This document shows, piece by piece, positions 32,148-42,870 of a stretch of 64,000 nucleotides of DNA. The notes beneath the pieces are model-generated. The model was not told the origin of the DNA and made no database searches. It saw only the letters and a program-made list of their open reading frames with translations. The translations under genes and the position numbers were made by a program. Source of the DNA: Pelagomonas calceolata (taxonomy: Eukaryota); assembly GCA_918797485.1 (NCBI GenBank), contig CAKKNE010000006.1, positions 1,674,001-1,738,000 of the forward strand, read 5' to 3'. Within the stretch, counting starts at the first letter, position 1. Each line of letters begins with the position of its first letter.

Positions 32148-32824
32148 ATCACCGGGTTACGCCGCCGCCGCCAGGGATAACGTAGTAAAATCCTCTTCTG
32201 TCCAAATCAATCGCTCGAATTCAGCACCATCATTCACTTGGATTTCTATGTCCAAATTCTGGCTTTTAAAAAAGGCTTCTAGCTCTGCCTTGGGGAAAGC
32301 AATTTGCTTGATTCCATTTGGCAATATGTACCAAATACCAGACCCTCCAGGCTTTGAAGGATATTCAGCAACCAGAATTCTACTTCCGGCCACGATCTCC
32401 CCGAATACGGTGTAGGCGGCGACCGAGGTCCATCCTATGAGATCGCCATATGGCTACTTATCCAATTGGGCTTATGCGCGCACGCGGGCTCGAAATAGGG
32501 GGTGTCTGCAAAGTCGCTCTCTATATTGACATATTTTGGCTTAAGGCTTCCCCCATACTATAATTTACCCTTTAACGCCTGTCTATATGGTTAAGCCCCT
32601 CCTGGAGCCTACACTTATCCAATTGGGCTTATGCGCCTGAAGATTGTCTGCTCGCGCGATTCAAGCGCAAGAGAAGCTGCGGGCGCCCGCGCGCCGGCGC
32701 CGCGCTCGGTTGTACCGCAAAGGCTTCCACCGCTCCACTGACCAAAAACGCCGCGGCCGAGCAACGAGCCGCCGCGCGACGTCTCTAAACCCCGAAGACT
32801 TCCACCGGCTTCAGCCAAAGCGAA

Positions 32825-34322
32825 ATGGGGCAGATCAGCTCGGCCCCGGTGGAGCTGATCCGCGTGCAGCGCTGCGGCGGCGCCGGCTGGCGTGGCGCGG
32901 CCGCGGAGATGCAAGGTTGGCGCGCGGACCATGAGGACGCGCACTTCGTGGCCGACGGCGGCGAGGACGGCACGAGCCTCTTCGGCGTGCTCGACGGCCA
33001 CGGCGGCCGCGCGGCCGCGCGCGAGGCGGCGCACGACCGCCTGCCGGCGGCGCTGCGGCGCGCGACCGCCGCCGGCGGCGCGCTCGACGAGGCCGCCGTG
33101 ACGGCCGCGTTCGTCGAGACGGACGCGTGGCTGCGGACGGTCCCCGCCGTCCAGCGCGACCAGAGCGGCACGACGTGCGTCGTGGCGGGCCTGCGCCGGC
33201 GGCCGCAGGAGGCGGGCGCGGGCGCGCCGACCTGGGACGCGTGGGTCGCGAACGCGGGCGACAGCCGGGGCCTCCTCTTCCGCCCGGGCGCCGGCGGCGC
33301 GGAGACCCTCGTCGCGAGCGAGGACCACAAGCCCGACCGGCCCGACGAGCTCGCTCGCATCGCGCGCGCGGCGGCGCAGAGATCGGATCGTCGCGGCGCG
33401 TCCGTCGCGGGGGCGGCGCGCGCGACGCGCCGACCGATTCTGCGCGCAGGCGCGCGGGCGGCTTCGTGAGCGACGCCGACGCCGCGCGCCGGCCCGCGGC
33501 GGCGCCGCCGGCCGTCGCGCGCCTCGACGGGAACCTGGCCGTGTCGCGCGGCCTGGGCGACTTCGCCTACAAGGCCGACGGGCGGCTCGCGCCCGGCGAC
33601 CAGAAGGTGAGCTGCGCGCCCGAGTTCTACGGCGCGGAGCTCCGCGCCGGCGACCTCCTGATCCTGGCCTGCGACGGCGTCTTCGACGTCATGAGCAACG
33701 AGGGCCTCTGCCGCGCCGTCGCGGCGGCGCTCGACGGCGGCGCGGACGTCGGCGACGTCTGCGCGCGCGTGCTGGGCGCGTGCCTGCGGGACCTGCACTC
33801 CAAGGACAACATGACGCTGCTCGTGGTGCAGGTCGGCGTCGACGGCGCGGCCTACGGCCGCGCGCCCGACGAGATCGCGGGCCTCGAGCTCTACGCGCGC
33901 CAGACCGACGAGGCCGTGCGCCGCGCCTACCTGGGCTTCCTGCGCTACTGCGCCGACACGGGCGGCCTGCCACCGCCGGCGCGGGAGCTCCTGGACGCGG
34001 ACGGCGCGCCGCCCGCGCCGCCAATCGACGCGCCGGCCGACTCGAGCGCACCGCCGCCCGCCGCCGCCGGCGGGGCGGCGGACGCGCCGGCGACGGCCAA
34101 CCGCAAAAAGAAGAAGGTCAGACTCCCGCGTCCCGCGAGGTGCCTTCATATCCGCGCCCGCAACGGTCGACTCACCGGTCCATGGTTTTCCTTCGTCGTA
34201 GTTTCCGCCGTCGGCGGACCCAGATAGCCCGTCCGTCAACGACCGCTTTGCTCATGCCAAAATCCATGATCCCCGCGCAGAAGTCGAAGAAGAAGGCCGC
34301 CGCGCCCGACCGTGAGGCCTGA
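32825..34322 (+). CDS. Protein phosphatase 2C (PPM family); exons 32825-33363, 33450-34116, 34281-34322
   Basis: MG start (possible myristoylation); MQGWR...HEDAH, VLDGHGG, NAGDSR, DHKP, LAVSRGLGD, LACDGVFDV and SKDNMT motifs. The frame is restored by intron 33364-33449; a second GT-AG intron at 34117-34280 is likely. Confidence 0.9.
33364..33449 (+). mobile_element. Introner element of a second family (GC-AG intron, 86 nt)
   Basis: Perfect 8-bp TSD GCGCGCGG (33364-33371 and 33450-33457); imperfect TIRs CGGCGCAGAGATCGGATCG...CGACCGATTCTGCGCGCAG. Removal gives ELARIARAGGFVS. Confidence 0.82.
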
Positions 34323-34749
34323 CGCGCGTGCCTACCCCTCCCGCCGCCGTACCTCGCCTCAGTAACCGGCTTCCTCCCTCGTCCTACTGAATATAGTCCT
34401 CGCCTCGGGCCGCCGTCTATAGAGCCCCACTGGCACACCCCCAAAAGAGGTTGATGTGTCGGGTTGGCTCCAAGACTCCAGCGCTTGACCCCCGGTGACG
34501 ATCTGTACCTCGCTGGTCCGACGCTGTAGACGACGTGGCCCCAAAGCAAGACCAAGTTATTTCCTCCTGGGACGGTCTCGGGCCGAGGGTGGCGTCGGCT
34601 GTCCAAGTTGCTCTAGGACGGGTCCGGCTGCAGACCCCCTGGTCCTGTCGTATATTTCTGGTGAATAAGGAATCGGGAGCGGTCGACGGCGAAGAAGGCC
34701 GCGATAACGTACGAAGGAGCCGGCGACGCGCTTCTTCTTATAGTTGAGC

Positions 34750-34823
34750 AATTACCCGGTAGCGAAATCTCAGGGTCGGTAATTACCGGTAATTACCATT
34801 GCCGGTAATTACCCTGGTAATTT
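34750..34823. repeat. Cluster of palindromic GGTAATTACC units
   Basis: aattacccggt...cggtaattaccggtaattaccattgccggtaattaccctggtaatt. Confidence 0.75.
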
Positions 34824-35822
34824 GGTGCTCAACTATACTTCTTCTTGGGAGTGATGAGACGGAACAACGCAAAGTTGTCGCAGCGAGCCGCAGTCTGCTA
34901 CTCGCTCGAGCGTCGCGTCGAGGCGCCTCAAGGTACGGAGAAGGTCTTTCAACCGTCTTTGTGGAGCTCGTCGACGTGCAGTACCTCGTGCACGCGGCTG
35001 CGATCGTCTCGGAGGAGGATATGGAGTTGTCGTTCGTCGTCAGCGGAAGAAGCCGGAGTGGACGCGAGAGGAAGGCCACCAGACGGTAGACGGAGGTGGC
35101 GCCGACGGGATCAGGCTCGGGCTAGGACGCCCACCCAAGAATACACAAAAGAACAAGACCCAAGAAGAAAGACCTAAGCTTAAGATTAATTATCCCAGGG
35201 GTCCACGGGACCCGTGCTATACGGCGTCAAGTTCAAGCTCAGTTTTCGCCTGAAGCAGGCCGCGAGAAGACGCGTCTTCCCCCCCCCCCTTCCAAGAGCT
35301 ACAGCTCGTATACGAATAGGTAACGGCCAAGGGGGGGGGGGGACGGTACCATACACCATGACCAAAACCGGAAATCTGCCAGGCAGATCTACCTACCTAC
35401 CTATCTCGGCCGGAAGACGTCCTGCGCGTCTGAAAAAGGGTGGAAATGAACCGCACAGCCCGTGGGGGTGCGCCTATTGGCTTTAATTGCTTTAAAAGTA
35501 ATTAAAATTTTAGCATTTTTAGCAAAACACGAAAATAGTTTCGACGTTCCAGGCGTCGCTTGTGGCGCCCCTGCGACCCCAAACCTTTCTCCATTCACTG
35601 GCGCATCATATCACGCGTTCGTGCGCGTGCGCCGTGCCGCGGCGGTCAACCGCGCGCGCGGAAACGCAAAGCCTCTATTGGTAAAAACAGAATCTCAGCA
35701 GTGACCTACCTACCTACCCCCCTAGTAGGTTCGACATGGTGTCTAGCAGGTAAAATTTCACCCCCCCTGAAATGGCGCGAAAACGCCCACGCTGCCCCGT
35801 CCGGCCCGCCGGCGCCGCGAGC

Positions 35823-36335
35823 ATGGGCCTCCGCCGGCGCTGGGCCGGCGCCGTCCTCCTCTGCGCGTGCCGCGCGGCGGCCGAGGAGCAGGGCCTGAGG
35901 CGCGCCGGCAAGGAGCGCGTCCTCGGCGTCGGCCTGGGCGTCTTCCTCCTCAGCTTCTTCTTCATCGCCATGTGCGCGCTCTGCTGGGCCGGCGCGCTGC
36001 TGCCGCAGGAGCGCGGCGAGCAGTGGATCTTCAACGTCGTCGGCACGCTCGGCTTCGGCGTCGTCGCGTGCGTCCTCTTCCTCGCGGACGAGCGGCCCGA
36101 GTACGCGAGCGAGGAGCGGGCCGAGCGGGAGCACGACGACAACCTGATCGGCCTCATCGTCGTGGCGGGCCTCCTGGCGTGCGCCGCGGCGTTCGGGCTG
36201 GGCGCCGTCCTGTGCTACCACGTCTGCGCACCCGTCGAGGCCCCACTCGTGCAGAAGCGGCCGGCCGGCGACCGGCAGGGCCTCTTCGACGCCTCGGGCC
36301 AGTGCGTCGCTTCGCGGCCGGCCTTCACGGCGTAA
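35823..36335 (+). CDS. Small membrane protein (signal peptide + 3 TM helices)
   Basis: Hydrophobic segments LGVGLGVFLLSFFFIAMCALCWAG, IFNVVGTLGFGVVACVLFLA and LIGLIVVAGLLACAAAFGLGAVLCY. Confidence 0.75.
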   Translation: MGLRRRWAGAVLLCACRAAAEEQGLRRAGKERVLGVGLGVFLLSFFFIAMCALCWAGALLPQERGEQWIFNVVGTLGFGVVACVLFLADERPEYASEERAEREHDDNLIGLIVVAGLLACAAAFGLGAVLCYHVCAPVEAPLVQKRPAGDRQGLFDASGQCVASRPAFTA

Positions 36336-36454
36336 AGCGAGGGGGTCGGGCCTAGGCCCCGAACTTGGCCCCGACGCCGGGGTCCCCGGCTCGAGCCCTG
36401 ACTCACGTGTGGCGGCTGTTGGTAAAATGATAATAGTAAATGAATTCTCTACCG

Positions 36455-37913
36455 TCAATCCGAAGCTCCGGTCTGGGGGGCGCGGTGCTCGTAAAATGCC
36501 AGCGCGAGGCACCCTGCCTGGAGGCGCCAGAAGCGGCCCAGGAACGCGGATCGCTTCGCCCGCGAGCCGTCGAGGTCGAGGGTCCGCGCGACCGCCGCGT
36601 AGTAGCCGAGCGCGAGGCCGTCGAGGAGGAGCGCGGGCGCCTGGACGGGCACGCGGCCCAGGGGCCCGAGGTCCACGGCCGGCGCGTAGGCGCCGGCGAC
36701 GTGTCCGGCGGCGTCTATCACGCGGACTAGTCCCAGCCTGTGTGGAAATCAAATTTCGGGCGCCCCACGGGCCTTCTTCGCCCGCCTTCTCTGCAGCTCG
36801 TCCCGGTAGTTCTGCGAGACCCGGCCCCGGCGCTTCCGGTGCGGGGGCTCGAAGATCGTCGCATTGCGGTTTTTCATCCAGTGCGTCTTCATCGCAGCGC
36901 CGCCGTTGTACTGCTGGTAGAGTGGAGCGAAGCGCACGACGTTGCCTTCGAGGTGCGTAAAAGCGTACCTCCACGCCATCGACGCGACGTTGTCCCCGTG
37001 ACCGCGTCTGCTCGATGGCGTGGCGTGGAGGTTCACGAAGGTCCACGCGATATTTCCACTCGGGTCCCGGCAGGGCAAGCACGAGGCACCCCGCGCTCCG
37101 GTCGTCCGGCAGCGCGGCCGGCAGCGTCCGGAGGCCGGCCGCGGCGTCACCCGGGACGTCGCCGAGGTCCTTCGCCACGAGGAGCGCCAGGTTCCAGGGG
37201 ACCGTCGCGGCGGCGGCCCAGAGGAACGCGCCGAAGAGCGGGTTGGCGGCGAACGGCGCCGGGGCGAGGCCCAGCGCGTCGCAGGCCTCGACGTACATGA
37301 GCGCGTCGAAGGCCGCGTAGATGCCGCAGAAGGCCAGCGCCCGGCCCAGCGGCGCGCGCCGCGCGAGGCGGCGCGTCGGCAGGCGGTCGTCCGAGTAGAG
37401 GAAGGCGGCGGCGCCCATGGCGGCGAAGGCCGCGGCGTAGGCGCGCCGCAGCGCCGGCTCCGGGGGCGTCCGCGTGACGCCCAGGCCCAGGCACCCGTAG
37501 AAGGCGGCGACGAGCAGGCCCTGCGCCCGGCTGCAGGCGCCCGACGGCAGCGGGCGCTCCGGTTTGTTCTTCGCGTCGACGTCGACGTCGCAGACGTCGT
37601 TGAACCAGTCGGCGTGCATGACGTAGCAGAGCGAGAGGGCGAGGCCCCGGGCGGCCGCGGCGGCGAACGCGGCCCGCCCGGCGGCCGCGCCCGTCGCCAC
37701 GGCGACCGCGCGCTTCGGTCCGCACACCTTGACGAGGAGGTAGGGCGGGAACACGACGTGGGGCGCGAACGACTCGGGGTGGTGGTGCGACAGCGCGTGC
37801 CTCGCCGCCGTGGCGAGCCACCCGACGGGGTCCGTGGGCCCGCTGTACGGCTTGGCCTTGCCCGCCGGGTCGCCCCGCCCCTGCGCGACGTGCGAGCGGT
37901 CCACGCCGAACAT
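36455..37913 (-). CDS. UbiA-family membrane prenyltransferase; exons ~37913-37072 and 36737-36455
   Basis: NDVCDVDVDAKNKPERPLPSG and KDLGDVPGDAAAGLRTLP Asp-rich motifs. Splicing out 36738-37071 gives VLAL|LGLVRVID and a C-terminal FWRLQAGCLALAFY. Start codon uncertain. Confidence 0.85.
36738..37071 (-). mobile_element. Introner element (GC-AG intron, 334 nt) with internal cargo
   Basis: Ends CCGAGTGGAAATATC...TTTGATTTCCACACAG; TSD GCCGGGAC/GCTGGGAC; shares GGGCGCCCGAAATTTGATTTCCACACAG with the 39344 element and the CACGCCATCGACGCGACG hairpin with the 41672 element. Confidence 0.88.
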
Positions 37914-38994
37914 GGGCTCCTCGGGTTGGCTTCGAAGCCCTTGGAATTCGTCCACTGGGTCCTTCCCCGGCACCCAGGTGGCCGCGAGAGCGAGCTCGAA
38001 GAGATGATGAGAATACTGCGGTATGTGTCTAACGACGCTACGTTATAATAAAACGCTACTTACGCTACTTACGCTACTTTACTACAAAACGACATGATAC
38101 ACACCCCCCGGCTGAGGCCTACTCTCTAAATTTGAGTCTATACACTGAGTGTCTATCGACGCTACTTTGATGCGCCGCTGCTTCTCGCTGCCGACGGATT
38201 CTGCAAGGCCCGGGGGTGGGTACTGCAAACATCATGATACATCTTTGCATTTTTTTATACTTATATCGCGCGGGGTGCTGATGCGAAGCATCCTGACGAT
38301 TTTGCTAGAGACTAAAAATCAACTAGAAAAATGTTACCGTGTGACTACTACTACTTCTTTCTAGAAGGTTTAGGGTTGCGATGATTTCCACCATGTTATT
38401 TTTTAAAGGATTGCGGGTTACATGGTCAAAACTTTTGTCTATTTTTGGGGTTTATTGGGATTAATATTTGTTAGGGACTCGCAGACTGGGGTGCGATTTA
38501 CGCGGAAAAAACGCGTAAGTTACACGTAAAGCACCGCTACAGGAGATCCCACGTAAAAAACGGCGTAAAAAAGGAGGTATCCAAAAGTCCTTCCAGGGCT
38601 CTTCCCGAAGCCGGCGCTAGCGGCCCTCTAAGACTCTAGCTCGCGATCAGCAGCTCGCAGAGTGTGGCTGCCCCAAACGTTGTCAGAGCCGAGCCAATTG
38701 CTAGTTGCATGCTGTTGCGAGCAAGGTGTGCACTCTAGGTGTGCGCTTATGCGCCGTGCTCGTGCTGCTATTGAGCTGCGTGGCCACAAGGCCTTGTTTA
38801 GGGGCTCTGGCTGCGTGTGTGCGGGTTTTATAAATAAATGCACGCGTAAATTACGCGTAAATTACGGCGTAAATGACGCTGGACCGTTTCTCACGTAAAG
38901 AACGCCGTGCGTAAATCGCACCCTAGCTCGCAGATGCAACCGAGCAACGCGAGGTGGGCATCTGCGGCATGATCTGCCAGTCCCTATATCTCTC

Positions 38995-40099
38995 TTACGC
39001 GTCGGCAAGCCAGAGCGCCGTGTTGGCACACGCGGTCGCGACGACGCCGAAGCGCGGCGAGCACGCGATTCGCGCCACGGGGCCGGCGTGGCCCGCGGGC
39101 AGCGCCGCGCACGGCCGCCGCGGCGCCGCCGGGTCCCACGCGCGCAGGACGCCGTCGCCGCCGCCGGCGAGGACCGCGCCGCCGCCCGGCGCGAACGCGG
39201 CCGCCGCCGCCGCCGCGCGCTCGCCGCCGGCCGCAGACGGCGGCGCGGCGAACGCCGCGAGCGCGTCGCCCTCGAACGCGTCCAGCAGCGTGTGGACGCC
39301 CGCCTCGCCGGCGACCAGCAGCGTCTCGCCGTCGGGCGCGAACCTGTGTGGAAATCAACCAGTGACTTAGGTTGCATGGCGTGGGGCGCCCGAAATTTGA
39401 TTTCCACACAGGCGCGAACTCGAGGCGCGCCCAGCGGCCCCGCGCCGCGCGCGCCGCCGCCTCGGGCGCCGCGACCGCCGCCAGCGCGCCGCGGTCGACG
39501 CGGAACGTCGCGAAAGGCCCCGCGCGGTAGTGCCGCGCGTCGTAGAGCGCCAGCGCGCCGCCGCCCCGCGCGTCGGCGAACGCCGCGCCGGCGGCGAAGA
39601 CGAGCGCGTCGCGCGCGAACGCGGCGACGGGCGCGTGGCGCGGCCGGCGCGACGCGTCGGCCCCGAACACGTCCAGGCGCGCCACGGCCGCGCGGCGCTG
39701 CGCCGCATCCCAGAGGACGCACGTGCCGTCCTCGCCGAGGCTGAAGAAGGCGTCGGAGGCCGGCGACGGCGCGAGGCCGCAGACCGGCGCCGCGTGGCCC
39801 TCGAACGCGCGCAGGTAGCGGTTGTCGTGGAGCGACAGGTAGCGCACGCCCGTCCCGGGCGCCGCGTCGGCGACGACCACGCAGAGCTCGGCGTGGCCGA
39901 AGCACGCCGCGCCGACGCCCCGGGCGGCGCAGCGGACCTCCTTGCGCAGGACGCCGCGCAGGCCGTCGAGGACGCGGACCACGCCGTCGCCCGTCGCCGC
40001 CACGCACCAGCGGCCGCCGCCGTGGAAGCTGAGGCCCACGCAGGGCGCGCCCGCGCCGCGGAAGACCTGGGCGACCCGGAACTTCCGGGCGGCGTCCAT
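38995..40099 (-). CDS. WDR82: WDR82/Swd2 WD40 protein (COMPASS/PNUTS subunit); exons 40099-39420 and 39343-38995
   Basis: FRVAQVF, VRYLSLHDNRYLRAFEGH, LYDARHYRAGPFATF, LEF|APDGETLL, LLDAFEG and TACANTALW motifs. Confidence 0.9.
39344..39419 (-). mobile_element. Introner element (GT-AG intron, 76 nt), young copy
   Basis: Perfect 15-bp TIR CTGTGTGGAAATCAA/TTGATTTCCACACAG; perfect 8-bp TSD GCGCGAAC (39336-39343, 39412-39419). Confidence 0.95.
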
Positions 40100-40446
40100 G
40101 TCCTTGCTGCGTGAGCTCCTTCTCTCCCCCCCCGATGGCAATCGCAGGCACGCACGCGCAGGCCTGACTCGTCTGCGCTTCTTCCTGGATGATCGCGTCA
40201 GCGCCCACCTGCTGGTTCCTGGCTTTGCTGTGTGCCGTGTCGACCTGCTCACTGCCTGTCTCCGGTGATAGGGTGATAGGGGGCAACAGCGACCTCCCCG
40301 TGGGAAATTCGTCAGAAAAATTCGTCGAGCAAAACTCGGGACTCGTAATTGAGCAAATTCGTTTCTCGGAACTCGCTGCCAAAAAAGTCGTAATTTGTAT
40401 CGTCGCGGCCGCATTCGTTATTCGTGAAGGTAATCCTCACTCGCCT

Positions 40447-40830
40447 CTACTCGCGCGATACGACCTGGGCGAGCTTCTCCGCGTGCGCGCGCGCATACGG
40501 CGCGATCGTCTCCACGAGGTCCTCGGCGACGCACATGCCCTTCTCGGCGATCTCGAGGTCCTTGGCGTCCCACTTGCAAAGTCCGTCCTTCTTGTAGAGC
40601 TTTGTCTTGTCGGCCGCTGTCGATGGCGAAGCTCAAACCACCGACGCGCGCGCTTTTGTCGTAGGACCGGTACACCTCCGCCTTGTACCCAGGAATCTCG
40701 GCCCCTTTCGCGAAGGGCCGCTTGTCAGCTAAATCGATCTCCCGTTCGAAGCGGAGTCCCAGAAGTTTACGTCTTGGCCATACCGTGGCGGCGTGCCGCT
40801 TGGCCGTCGGGGCCGCTCGCGCAGGAGAGC
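40447..40830 (-). pseudogene. Frameshifted, start-less gene fragment
   Basis: ...RKLLGLRFEREIDLADKRPFAKGAEIPGYKAEVYRSYDK...FAIDSG changes frame to DKTKLYKKDGLCKWDAKDLEIAEKGMCVAEDLVETIAPYARAHAEKLAQVVSRE*. The upstream side abuts a CCCGAATTGACTATAGCTAT repeat. Confidence 0.5.
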
Positions 40831-41542
40831 GAAAAGTGACCAGGGGCTCCAGGGTCCTTATAGCTATAGTCAATTCGGGTTATGCGCCGCCAACGCACTC
40901 GCTGACGATTCAGAGTTAGACTTCGGGGACCTGAGAGAATACGGGTCCAAGTTCGACGTGGATGATTTCAAAAAGCGCAAGGCGCCCCCCAAGAAGCGAG
41001 AACCGGAGCGGGGCGTAGTCTCGGCGAAGAAGGAAAAGAAGAAGGTCTCGTTGCGCAAAGGGCCACGAAGTTCGCGCGCCTCTCCGGAGGAGGATATCTA
41101 GACTGGTTCGAACGCGGCGCGGCCGTCGCCGGGATCGCGCCCGCCGACCTTCCACCACCGCCGCGGCGGTCGGCTCGCCACAACGCCGTCGCCGGGGGTA
41201 GAACTAAAACATACGTCGTAGCATCGCGTCTCTGGAAGCTAGGAGGATTATTTCCATATGGTGGCTTGTCCGTGACACACGAAGCCGGGCGGGTGTCCAA
41301 AAGGATGGGGCGCACTCAATGTTAGTAGGTATTTAGTGCACCCGCGTACGCACTTTCAGCACCGATCGTCAATAAAGCGATTGCGGGTACAGGTACTGCA
41401 CGCGGCTGCGATTGCAGTCACGCTCGTGCACAGTCACGCGAGTTTGCTATCTGAATTGCTCGGCTGGACACAGGGTCGCGCTCAGGTGGCAGGTGTCCCT
41501 GCGTAGTGGCCGTCTCGTTCCCTTGCTCAGGTCGCAGGCGAC

Positions 41543-42870
41543 ATGGCTTCGCCCGCGCCGTCGTCGTCAGCACGGCCCGCGCCGTCGCCCTCGTCGCAAC
41601 AGCGACGCGGCAAGTGGTCTCCTGAAGAAGAGGCATATGCGGCGCGTCTCATCCACGCCTTCGACGCGGGCGTACTGGCCAGCGCATAAATCAAACTGTC
41701 GCGGCGCATCTTCGCCACTGCTGAATCATGACCTCCACGCCATCGACGCGACGCGAGCTCGATGGCGTGGCGTTGTGGTCTATTACCGGTCGTGCCAGCC
41801 AGCACAGCCGCGTTCTCGCCGAGAAAGGACTAAGTGAGGAATCATCGGTGCACCCGACTCTGACTCTGTTGGATTGCGCACAGGTGCTCACCGATCTAGA
41901 AAACGGCGCCACACTCCGAGCCTTCCTCTCGCGGCGCCTGCGCTGCTCGGCCATGCGCATCTCCAAGAAATTCGCCGGCGACAAGTGCCTCGGCAAGCAA
42001 ATATACCTCCGCCGCGCCGCCTCGGCGGCCGAGGCCGAGGCCGAGGCGCGCGCGCTCGCGGCGCTCGAGGCGGCGTTCGTCGCCGCGGCGACGCGCCAAG
42101 CGGCCGCGCCGGCGAAGCGGCCGCGCGGCGAGGCCGCTGGCGACGGCCGCCGACGCAAAGCGCCGCGGCGCCCGCGCGCGCCCGCGCCCGCGGCGCCGCA
42201 CGGCGCCGCGCCGCGGCACGTCGTGTCGGCGAGCGAGTCCGTCGGCTCCGGCCGCGACGCCGACGACGCGGCATCGTCGTCGTCGGACGACGACGCCGCC
42301 GCGCGGCGCTACGGTGCCGCGGTCCCGCGGCGCCGCGGGGAGTCGCCGGTCCGCTTCAAGCGGCTCGGGTCAGCGACGGCCCTCGACCGGCTCGGCGGCG
42401 CCGGCGCGGCGCCCGCCGCGGCCTGCGCCGCGTTCGCCGGCGAGGCGCGCGCGCTCGCGGAGGCGCACCGGCGCGCCGAGGCCGCGGCACTCTCGGACGG
42501 CGGCGGCTTCCCAGGCGGCGGCGCCGCGGCCGCGGCGCCGCCCGGCGGCGGCCCAACGCCGCCGCCCGCGCAGCTGCTGCTCGAGCTCGCGCCGTCGGGC
42601 GCCGCCGCCGCGGCCGGCGCGCGTCAGGCACCCGGCTTCTACGCGCTGGCGATCGCGCGCGGCGCGTCGAGCGGAGCGCTCGCGCCCCTCGGCGGCGGCC
42701 GCGCGCGCGCGGACAGCCACGCGTCGGAGGGCGCGCTGCTCCTCACCGTCGCCGACGCCCCGGACGACTTCGCCGCGCTGCGCGACGACGGGCCGCTCGA
42801 CCTCGACGACGCGGCCTGGCTCGACGCGTTCGACTCCACGACCCAGGTCGCCGCCGCGCGGGCCGCGTGA
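41543..42870 (+). CDS. Stramenopile Myb-like (RRGKW...MRISKKF) putative DNA-binding protein; exons 41543-41671 and 41884-42870
   Basis: RRGKWSPEEEAYAARLIHAFDAG|VLTDLENGATLRAFLSRRLRCSAMRISKKFAG after removing 41672-41883. Confidence 0.8.
41672..41883 (+). mobile_element. Degenerate (old) introner element, GT-AG intron of 212 nt
   Basis: Decayed TIRs (CAGCGCATAAATCAAAC...GTTGGATTGCGCACAG), decayed TSD GTACTGGC/GTGCTCAC, and internal CTCCACGCCATCGACGCGACG...CTCGATGGCGTGGCG shared with 36969-37026. Confidence 0.8.

Noticed and set aside
32103..32640. CRISPR-like array (9-mer tandem and 24-bp direct repeat)
   Set aside because: No regularly spaced repeat-spacer units and no cas genes; only two copies of the 24-mer.
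34117..34280. Second PP2C intron as an introner
   Set aside because: No clear TIR or 8-bp TSD visible.
34783..35177. Short ORFs in the 34.4-35.7 kb spacer
   Set aside because: No recognisable domain or convincing start; probably decayed gene or TE debris.
35706..37973. 755-aa ORF as a single protein
   Set aside because: It reads through the introner and then out of frame; the spliced UbiA model ends at 36455.
38862..40414. ORFs 38862-40382 and 38984-40414 as annotated
   Set aside because: Only 40099-39420 is WDR82 exon 1; the remainder is intron read-through or shadow frame.
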